Part shown: positions 42,629 to 52,600 of the stretch, piece by piece
Numbering within the stretch: position 1 is the stretch's first letter
Layout: every line of letters starts with the position of its first letter
From: Catajapyx aquilonaris
Taxonomy: Eukaryota
DNA: 64,000 nt
Assembly (NCBI GenBank): GCA_000934665.2
Contig: JYFJ02000197.1
Coordinates: 62,001 to 126,000, forward strand
Direction of reading: 5' to 3'
Position numbers and translations under genes: made by a program
Notes under the pieces: model-generated
What the model was told of the DNA's origin: nothing
The model's database searches: none
The model's input: the letters and a program-made list of their open reading frames with translations, nothing else

Positions 42629-43477
42629 CTACACAGTGTGAGGTTTGGTGAGGTCTAATGGTGCTACTTCTTTGTCCAGAGGACACGCATCGGCCTCTTT
42701 AATAACTTCGTCCTCCTCTGATTCGTCTTGAGAACTGGACTCGTCCTTCTCCTCCTCTTCATCACCTCCTTTTGTGGACAAATCCATGGGCTTCTCCTGC
42801 TCCGGCTGTCCCTTGAACCTCTCAAAGGCGTGTCCGAAGAGCACCGCCTGATTGTCCAGTACCCCCTCAGTCGGATGGTTCGACTTGGGGAACAGATGCA
42901 GTTTGGCCCACGAGTACCCCGAAGCGGCATAAGGAAAGAAGAACCTCTGCTGGTGCGGGAAGAGCGATGGTGAGAAGACAGGAGACACAGCCGGTGACAA
43001 AGACGGTGGCCTGAAAAAGTACTCCCGATGTGTCGCAGACTCATACGTAGGTGACAATGGTGACGCCGAGCCTCCTCCGTTGGGAAAGGCCAGCGACGAG
43101 TTGCTGGCCTTCTCGGTGCTGTCCACCGACGCCTCGGACGCGAACGACTCGTGTGAACCTGCACTCGGAGACTTTGTCCCATCCGGATGGTCCGGACCGC
43201 CGCACTCCTTGGTGACAGACGTCCCAAAGGCGCCCTCGAAGACACTCGAAGACAACGGAGATTTGAGGTTAGCTTGCTCTTGAAGCAAGCAGTGGATCTT
43301 GAACCAGTTGGATCGACGTCCATATCTCGACCCGCTCTTGGACATGCCCACCATCAGGCACTTTCGCAAACGGCACGCCTTGCAAGACGTCCGGTTCTTC
43401 TTGTCTATTACGCACTGGCCGTTGTTTTTGCACTCCTGGATGGACGACAAGTTGTTGTAGGTACGTCCGAAGAATGA
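42629..43477 (-). CDS. knrl: Knirps-family (NR0A) nuclear receptor, coding exon 2 (282 aa + TAG); spliced protein 308 aa, no ligand-binding domain
   Basis: Polypyrimidine tract and acceptor TTCCCCCGCAG|TCA at 43478/43477. Continues in frame as [68 protein letters not shown] (second zinc finger plus knirps box), then a Ser/Pro-rich region, PMDLS, an acidic stretch and PLDLT. Stop TAG at 42631-42629. Confidence 0.95.
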   Translation of the reverse strand, partial: SFFGRTYNNLSSIQECKNNGQCVIDKKNRTSCKACRLRKCLMVGMSKSGSRYGRRSNWFKIHCLLQEQANLKSPLSSSVFEGAFGTSVTKECGGPDHPDGTKSPSAGSHESFASEASVDSTEKASNSSLAFPNGGGSASPLSPTYESATHREYFFRPPSLSPAVSPVFSPSLFPHQQRFFFPYAASGYSWAKLHLFPKSNHPTEGVLDNQAVLFGHAFERFKGQPEQEKPMDLSTKGGDEEEEKDESSSQDESEEDEVIKEADACPLDKEVAPLDLTKPHTV

Positions 43478-45685
43478 CTGCGGGGGAACACAGAACAAAA
43501 AAATGGATGAGGAAGACGATTTTAAGGGCCTGTTAACTCTCGCACGGCCTTGCTTTATAGACATGCATCTCCGCGGAGAGGAGGTTGTAAATTAAGGAAA
43601 ACTGAACAGGATAATTGTTAATAAATGCGGCATGATTGGTGCGAGCTCGTAGAAAAATACTGGCGGCTAGCACACCACTCGTAATGTTCACGGATCTCGA
43701 TTCCTCAAGAGAATCAACAACAAAAAAATTCACGATCCTGTCATCATGAGTTTCACATTGGCTTCTTTTCACAATATTACGCATGCTTTTAGTGGCGGTA
43801 TTGCGGAGGCTATTCACCTCGCAAGACTGCTGGGTGTATATTATGCGCGTCACGTCCTGAAAGATTACATTAGGAGAAGCTTTGTGAAGTTCCACTAGGT
43901 AACAACCTATTACAGAACAGTCGACTGTCGCAAAAGTCTCAGACAAGCGTCCCATTTTTGTCTTTAGACTCACAGGGCATTTAGGGCTCCACGACAATGC
44001 GCTATCACTGATGCGCGACCTTAAAATGGGAGCGGAAACTAACTTGGAGGACATCATCGTACCTAGTGATGACTCAATCTTCGCGGAATAGGTTTCATCC
44101 GGAGATAGTTTCAAAATGCTAATTTGTACACAACCGTCCAAAAAAAAACCTGGGAATTCTACATGAATCAATTTTGATCGCAACATCCGGAGAAGCTATT
44201 ATGCATGTTTGACGAAGCACCTCATAGCACGCACGTCTTACTCAAAAGGAGTCCAGCATGTCATGTTACATAAGTTGTCCGTTTCAGACCCCGATTCGTC
44301 CTCTGTGTTCGCAGTGTGACTTCCAACCCAGTGAGTTTTCCGGCCCTAATGCTCCAGTTACCATCTGGTTCACTCTCCCATCCTTGCCTTGTACTCTCAC
44401 TTTCACGGGCAGAGTAACATCTTACAGCACAATGGGAGCCTCACTCTTGCCGCCACGGCCATCGCACTATTCAATAGAGACAAACGAGGCTTTTCTTCGG
44501 AGGTATCCCCCCCCCTCGTATACATTGAATTCAGGTATGGATTACGGTCATCTCGGAGGGGTAATTAGCCCGAGGTTCCTCACGAACAAACTTTTGGGGG
44601 CAGTCGAGCGTGGGGCATTAGAGTAACTATTCCGATCCACAAAGAATAGACGCCTTTCTCTCTGCTGATGGGATGCGTCATGCTATAGTTCCGATCAAGC
44701 TTGAATTACTTGAAGCAGGAGAGTTTCGCGGTAGTTATGATTTTGTTTAATTTTTTACAATCCGTAGAGGGGATTTCAATGTAGCCATATGAGCAGCTTT
44801 TGACGCATAGCATATCGGAAATGATTTTCTTCCCTCTTAATATTATTGCTCCATATTTATATTACGTAAAATGTAAGTCATTGATTGATTCTCAATGAAG
44901 CTCACTAGAATTCTCAAAAAATTGTTAGCCCGTCACCACATAGATTTCGAGTAAAATTTTGGGAGAGTTCATTTAAATACTCAACTATTGGTGTTAGGTA
45001 AGGAAGTTGTCCGTGCCTAAAAATGTGGCTCGTTTTTAAAAATACGATGAGACTCGATGAGACATGTTTATAAATTATAATATACCTGAGTTCTACGATT
45101 TTTTTTTGTATTAAACAGGATTCTGTCACATCATAGTAAAAGATGTTGATAATTCTCCGCTCTCAGAGCAGAAATTTCACAATTTGAGATCATCTATTCA
45201 AGATCCTTTAAAGGCATTTTCTATACAAATTTTTATCATGCAATACTAGGATGTTTTGCAACAATTGCATCCGTTTGCTTAATTACTAGTTTTTGTGCAC
45301 CGGTGCAAACATGATAAGTCTTTGTACCTCTTCCGTCACAATCTGTGAAACATCTCATTACAAGATAAAATCGAGTAGTTCGCAGTCTTACACCATAGAC
45401 AAACTGATCTCCCACATATTTCTTTGCAATTTCAGATATAGTAGAGCACGTCTAATTTATAGCAAATATGCCAAGGTCATGCACAGCACTTTTCTTAGGT
45501 AGACTTCCCCACCGTGTCCGCCTCTGGGGTCAACTTTCAAATATAGGTTATATTTTTTTCAAGCCACTTTTGGTAAGCTGGATCACTACCTGTGATAAGA
45601 AGCTGCGCAAAGAATTAAACCAACCTACTTTTAGTCCCCAAAAAGAGCGACCTCCCCATACCACCCTCCGTTGGTAGCCAATTAC
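43478..45685 (-). other. Phase-0 GT-AG intron (2208 nt) splitting the DNA-binding domain at CEGCK|SFF
   Basis: GTAATT donor and pyrimidine-rich CAG acceptor. Joining them restores the continuous CEGCKSFFGR P-box helix; this intron position is typical of the knirps family. Confidence 0.92.
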
Positions 45686-45763
45686 CTTGCATCCTTCGCA
45701 AGTGAAGGCACCGAAGTGGAACCCTGCGGCCGGCTCTCCGCACACTTTGCACGACTGGTTCAT
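45686..45763 (-). CDS. knrl: Knirps-family (NR0A) nuclear receptor, coding exon 1 (26 aa, first C4 zinc finger)
   Basis: Translates to [26 protein letters not shown], essentially the N-terminus of knirps/knrl/eagle. ATG at 45763-45761; the exon ends AAG|GTAAT (GT donor at 45685-45684, phase 0). The paralogue assignment (kni vs knrl vs eg) is uncertain. Confidence 0.95.
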
Positions 45764-45785
45764 CTGAAAGGGCAAAAGAAGCATG
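45764..45785 (-). other. Splice acceptor immediately upstream of the start codon (end of a 5'UTR intron)
   Basis: The minus strand reads CTTCTTTTGCCCTTTCAG|ATG: a strong pyrimidine tract plus CAG directly abutting the ATG. Confidence 0.7.
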
Positions 45786-46641
45786 TAAAATCCACCTTGG
45801 CAGGTGTTGTTTTGCGCTCCAGTTTAAATCCCATGCCCCCCTTCCCCAGACATTCTTCCTCTCTCCTTCATGGCACTACAGGCTATTGCTACGAGACAAA
45901 AGAGGATGGGGGGGACCATGGCGTTATTTTTTTGTGATGAGATAATCAAAGTTGGAAGGAGTTGTCTTGGAACAATAGGAAGTATAGCTGCAGGGTATAC
46001 GCTACAGGTGACCTTAAAAGGAATACCGGCATGCCCTAATTGGAGTTTAGAATCGGTGTTTCATAATGCGACGGAGGCTGCAGGTCGTGTAATTTGGTTA
46101 TGTGGGAACCTATGTTGTGAAAGTGTGTAGTGCTCAAAATAGTGGGGAATCTCAACAAATACGTCTCCTTCATCTTCACTATTCTGATAAACGAGGCAGA
46201 TTGCTGAGGGAAAACGTGTGGCCTACCCGACCCATGGTGTAAAAAAAATGAAAGGGGTCTGTATAGAGGAGGGGAAAGGTGTTGAAGAGGGACCCCCCCC
46301 CCCTCTTTTTTTGTGTGTTACTATAGGGCCAGAGGCGAAGGTGGGTGGGTAGGCACGCGAACCTAACATTAGCGGTTGATTGGGGAATTAGTCCCTTCAG
46401 TTCAATCCCAGAGATCAGAAGGAAAATCCCTTCATACCGGGGAGGGATATCTACTAGATCTTTGAAAAAACCCCGTTAACACATTCGTTAAGACACGTCC
46501 CGGCTTGTAATCCCTTGCTCTTCAAGGCCTGAAATTGGCCATGATTTTGCGTCACAAGTGCGATGCAGGCTTCAATCACGACCATTACGGATTTGGGATT
46601 TCATCCGAGTATTCTAACCTCTCAGGAGTCTTGATAGTCGA

Positions 46642-46669
46642 GGGGGGGGGGGGGNGGGGGGGGGGGGGG
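46642..46669 (+). repeat. Poly-G homopolymer containing a single N (probable contig join or unresolved base)
   Basis: G13-N-G14, with the N at 46655. Confidence 0.9.
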
Positions 46670-49600
46670 CACGCTTTCACTTCGATTGTTGCCAGAGGCT
46701 GAGAACTTTGCCATACATAATATTACGATATATACTTCCATACTTGGAAAACATGCCCACATTTTGCACATATTAACAAGATGTCAGCCATTGTTACTGT
46801 GAACTCATGCCCAGTACCGTTTCGGCTGGAGTAGGTCAGGATAGTTTCATTTGTAAAGTATACGGCTCTCCTTTTTGTGCAAAATGTGGGCAATATTTTA
46901 TGCCTTGTGACGTTATGCAATTACGCAGCGTCATCTAATTTGGTCCAGACAGGGAGCCCAACCCACAGTTCGGTATCTAGATTGCACAAGATATAGGGGA
47001 TCGTTATGTCGGCACTTTGGATGTAGGCTTAGTCCCCCCTCTTTTGTCTAATAAAAATTCGAGCTCCAGGGGGAAAGGTACCGGTACCTAGTTAGCCTAT
47101 CAGATGACCGTAGAAGGGGGGATTAGCAATTTATCATCAGGAAGGGGGCAGCCGCTGTATACTTTCTCGGACCAGGAGTTTTGAACACAGGCCGAAAGTG
47201 GGGTGTCGCTTATTGTTCAAATCCAGATCATTTCTGGCTCGTTACACGAATTGTTGCTTCTCCCTTCAGTTCGAGTTGCAATAAGTCTGGTGAGACAGCA
47301 AGGCACGGGAAGAGTGATACCTGCTGGTAACTTTATAGCACTAACGAATCCTGAGGTGGCCATGATGGATGCGCGTCACAGCGTGGCCAGCTGAGAAATA
47401 TTATTCCTGTGGCTCCCTCACTTCGGTACAGGAACTGGGCCATCCATAATCCTCCCACTTGGAAGCGGCTCCTGTGGGTTCTCTTTGCCCATGATGATTC
47501 CGACACACAGACCTCATGAGAAATGGGAAGGCACCAGCAGGGGCACGGCACCACTGCGCAAGTGCAATTCTCCACTCCTGATGGAACCTCTGTGTGTATG
47601 TGTGTATATATAGTTGAGAAATGACTAGGCAATTATAAGGTTAGCTTCTGAGAGCGCCGCCATATTAGTTCTTTTTTTTGCAATTCTGTTCACTGACAGA
47701 AGCAGTTATTGACCGTTTCAGGCTACTGGAATAGGGGATATATTGTGTCTGCTTTCTCTCTGGACAACACCAAATGGATCATTTCACATGGCCTCAGGTG
47801 TTGATCCCTACAAAGTCCACCTGTCGTTCAGGGGGCCGGTTCTTAAAATTTAGAACGGGACTGGGTTGAAAGGGTAGCGTTCCGTTGCTTTCCACTGAAT
47901 TGGCGAAAAGAGTGAAAGTTCTTGGGCCTCCTCCATATGAAGCACCTGTTCAGTCGTAAATACACCTGTCAAAAAAGTGCGTTAATTTATATCCGGATTA
48001 ATCGGATTTTCTAGCAGGTGTAATATTTTGAATAAGAATTTGTCACAACATGTTGTCTAATATATTTCCAGGTGTGATATATGAGAATTTCATTATTCAT
48101 TCCTATTCCCTTAATAGAAGAAACCGGAACTTCCATCGCCTTGGAGAATCTATTAACTTTTTGTACCTTAATATCAAACCATATAATTACAGCGTGCAAA
48201 CCGGACCGAGCGCAAAATGACAATTGAACTTGTGAAAGAGCCACCGGAGGGGGGGACTCAACTTTCAAATTTAATAAGCGCCCCTTTCGGTCGTCCGCTC
48301 GCTTTCCCTTTCTCGCAATTTTCGAAATGTGGCAGAACTGGATCAGCGCAAAATTTTCGCATTTGTTTTCTCAGGAAACCGACTCACGTTTTGTGGTTAG
48401 GTGGAGTCGCCTTTCGGGAGGCCCGTAATTTATCTCTGCGGAATGTAAGTTATACCTCTAGCATAACTTTGCCATCACGAAATCCTTGCTCGACCGAGAT
48501 TTGTCGTAAATGTTGAGTTGGAGGATGTAGGTTGCAGCAATAAAGTTCTTCTGCCCTTGGCTGACTGACCAAATGTATAAAACAAAAACATAAATGAAAC
48601 ATGTTAAATAATATGAAAAACAATTTGTTAAAATATTAAATGTGTATTACAAGGTATTTGACTAATTGCAAACTTTTCTCATTATTGTCTCATCGTAATA
48701 AACTCGTGATGTTTTTTATTTGCCAAAATGGCCTGCATATCCTTGCACTCTGCACCTGAGCATCGTCACTTTTTTATGTCCTCGAGTGAATAATAATGTT
48801 CACCCCAATTCAATGACTATTCTCATCCTAAATTACCCTCCTCGGTAAATGCTGGAATGTCAGGCAAACCTCTAGTTGGGGGATCACTTTATAGCCTGAA
48901 CGTGATTCATGGCTGTATCATGCTCTAGAATGCGACCTTCTCTCCCTATCGGTGAACATCGTTCTATTCCTGTAAGATGAGTCTTCGCTCGACTCCTTTC
49001 AAACAAGCGTGAAGTGAGCGAAAAAATAGCAAGGCCAAAAAACAAGATTCAAGGTTTGTGACGTTACCGTGTTACACTATGACACTGCTACAAACTCCTA
49101 CAAACTTGTTACATCTTTCCTACAATTTTTACGATTAATTTGTGACCTTGTTTCATGGTTGTTGTGGATACTATAGAGTGTCATAATTTTCAAATCCTTT
49201 TACAAGTCCGCTCTAGTATATGTACCATTTCAATCATAGTTTGAAACACCTGCAGCAATGAGACATTGTACGTCAGCCCAAGTTCTATTAATCACGTGTG
49301 AATAACAAAATAGGGAAACAGTAGGAGATGCGGATGAGATACCACTGTCGGCATTTCATCGTGACTTAAGAAGGTCACTTTCAAAGTGGGTGTAAAGTTA
49401 TGGTGTTTTTCTTTTACGGTACAGAAAACATATGAACCTGAAACTGTAGGTTGAGCGTCAGTACTATTTTAAACACCACAATATCCCGAATGATCTCATT
49501 ATTGCGCATTGCTGCTAAAACTGGTTGTACTCCCGTATCAACATCCAATGCACCTACACTTGTATCAGAGCGTATCGTTCAAGAGGCTCCTAGTGTAGCA

Positions 49601-52600
49601 CCTGATAAAATATATATCGAGTTGAGCAAAGTTCCTGCAGCAAAAGTTTACACCCTAGGGAGGAAAGGAAGTGGCGTTTATGCAATTTCACGCTCCAAAA
49701 GATCGCTTTGATCGTCCCCAACGAAGCATCGCTTCGCAAACTGGACCCCTGGGAGAAAAGAGAGAGTGAAGAATAGCTCCTTGTTTGAGAATTTTGAGGG
49801 CGATTTTCTTTGCCTCGCAACACCAAGTTTTGCGCCTTTGGTCCTCCCCAGAAAATAACACTTTTGTGTGTTTCGAATTTGGCCGCAGATCAAGTCATGG
49901 GATCATGTTCTTACGTTTTGTGCACTTGAAAATTATCATGGGAAATACGTGGCCATGCCGCGTGGGCAAGAATTTATCGGAATGCCGAGATGTTGGTATT
50001 TATAACAGTCGGAATTGTTTTAAAAATGCGCGCAATTGCATATCATCATGGTATACCCAACTTTTTAAAAAACATATGAAGATGATATAGATGCCTTGAG
50101 GAAATGGCCTTGGTACAGTATACTTCTGAAGCTGACCCTTTCCCTTCCCATCCCTGACCTCACCACCTTTAAGGCACTATCGAAACTTTTTAGAACCACC
50201 CCAAAAACACTTACATACATAACGTGTCTCGAAGATCTTAAAAAATGGCGGCAAGTTTTGCAACGTTTCAAGGACCATCCTCCTCCCTTTTTTTGGATAT
50301 CCCCTCGTCCTTCCCGGAGGCTGTTGTTAGATCGTCGTAATGAATGCTTCAGATCATCGTATTTGTAAGGAGACGTCATCGCAGACACGATGGAAGGTCC
50401 GGAAACGTGTGGACTAAACCAGTTTTTTTCCAACAATTTTTTTATTATATAGTACGCCTCCTTTGAGCCATTGTGACCCACCGAACGCAGGCTGGCTGTG
50501 AAAATTTTACATATGATAAAAACCGGGCCTAACAGTATATTGGGTCAGTATTATTGGCCATATGTATTGACATGACAAAATATGGCGTCCAAGCGAGTGA
50601 ATTTAGTAAAGGGTAAATCCCCCATTTTAAATCGTCAATAAACCAAACTCAATTTTAACAATGGATATTTGAACTTATGAGAAGCTGTCAATCCATAAAA
50701 GGCAACCTTCATGTAATGCAACTTGTTGTGACCCATTTAGATATATTTACGACAGGATACTGTAAAAAAGGAGGCGTGCACCACTGAGCCATATTCTGCT
50801 CAGTATATCGCAATTAATGCGACGATGCACGTTCTGTTTATGAGACATTCATATTCAATAAAAGAATCGGCGCTTTTGGTTGTTGTAGAAGGGAGGCCCT
50901 TTGGGTGGCCCACCCAGAAAGGGAATAGAGAATAAGATGAAATTAGTTTGACGCCAAATGGATTGGTGCCTCGGAGGTGCGGAGATGTCCTCCATGTTTC
51001 CTTTTTTTTATTTTCAAGAGACGCCCACTCTTTTGAACAATGGCCATCCTTCCAAGCCGCGCACCAAGTCTGTCAGCAACAGTAAACAGCCATCATGAGA
51101 TTGGCTCTTGACCACATCTAAAATGGACGTGGTGGACAAGTGACATGGGAGAGAGTTGCTCTTCAGACTTAGAAATTGAATCTTGAATGATCAGTTTTGT
51201 TGGAACTAATTGAAGCATTTAATGGGCATCCCTCTTGCGCACGGCTGGGCCTGTGTCACAACTTGTTTGTCGTCAGTCTAGCAGCAGCCAATGAATTTTT
51301 CGCAACATATCATCTCTCATGAAAGGCCGATTAAAATCTTGGTCTGAAGTGGTATGATGACATGTTTTCTATATAGTAACCAGTTATATCGTATTGATCA
51401 ACACTGTATACTGGATCCGTAACCTTCCTAGTTATCTTCTGGTAACAAGCATGACATAGTAATTCACTCCCTTTTTTTCCCATAGAGCGAGATTCCCCCA
51501 GTCCCCGAAGCATTGCGTGGAATTTAGCAATTCAAGTGGATTGTATGGATGGTCCGTTTCTCTCCGGTGCCCCCCCTTCCAGGGTTCGGAAAAGTTGCCT
51601 TTTGTGGCACTATATTTAAGTGTCCAAAAGGAGAAGAATCTCGGAGCCCTTAAAAGGCACTCCATAAATCTCATGTTAATTTGGGTCCCCCCAGTGCACC
51701 CCTCTCTTGAACAGTGACAATTCCTCCTCGGATCCAGATCGCGGTCTCCAGACCCCCTTGTACTCTGTCTTCCGGAAGAAAAAGGACGAGTGTATTAACA
51801 CTGAGGCTGGGACACTGTCTCATGTTGTACTGTGGTTTCGGCGATGGGGTCTGGGCATGGTGGGGAGTTTGGAATATCATATCAAAAGAGGGCCTTCCAA
51901 AAGAATGCGTTTCTTTTGTCCAAAGTCATATCTGGGGGGGGGGATGCGCCTTGGAATTTTTTTTAAGAAGGATGGATGGAAGCTAGTGCAAACTATGAGA
52001 CATTTTTTACGTAATGCACTATAATATGGTTTGCATGCATGCTGTACTAAACACAGGTTGAAGCTTACATGTTAGTATAGAAAAGTACAGCTAATTACTT
52101 TTTCTAGTTAACAAAACAATTGAAAGAAAGTTTCAGTGGAATTACTTGTAAGCAAAGATTTTACAAGTACCCGACAAACTGATGGCATAAATTAACACTA
52201 ATGAGATAACTTAACGAAATATTTATCCAGTTCTGCAAAATGTCTGTAAAATGTATCATTCACCTTTCTGAATACGCGATATTAGCCTACGTCTGATGTT
52301 CGGCTGCAAGAAAGGATACGATATGACATTTGGCAGTCAATCGAATGGCTCTACTATTATGACTAACTTTTAATATGAAAGCCGTATAAAAAATTATGTT
52401 TTCTCACTCAGGCTGCAGTCTTGGAAACAGTTTTTGACATAAAACACGAGTCCAGTATGATGTGTAGTCTACAATTGAACGAGTAACACCTCTGTACAGA
52501 GGCTAGTCAAAATTGAGAGGTGGTATGATTGAAATGTTTCAGAGTTTTCGATCTGAATAAAATCATTTTACTAAATGTCTTGTGGTTCTCTATTATTTTT

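Noticed and set aside
42664..43323. 219-aa alternative-frame ORF and the antisense ORFs overlapping exon 2
   Set aside because: Arg/Ser-rich shadow frames of a GC-rich coding exon, with no recognisable domain.
43478..43564. N-terminal 29 aa (MSIKQGRAR...CVPPQ) of the 311-aa track ORF
   Set aside because: Intron read-through that includes the polypyrimidine tract; the true N-terminus comes from the exon at 45686-45763.
43533..44186. 217-aa sense ORF inside the intron
   Set aside because: Non-ATG start and no recognisable domain; one ORF of this length in six frames of 64 kb is plausible by chance.
12956..45592. Zelda-type CAGGTAG sites across the window
   Set aside because: About six seen, no more than chance expectation, and not clustered.
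45548..45685. C-terminal extension (VIGYQRR...) of the 78-aa ORF carrying zinc finger 1
   Set aside because: It lies beyond the GT donor, and family similarity stops exactly at the splice site.
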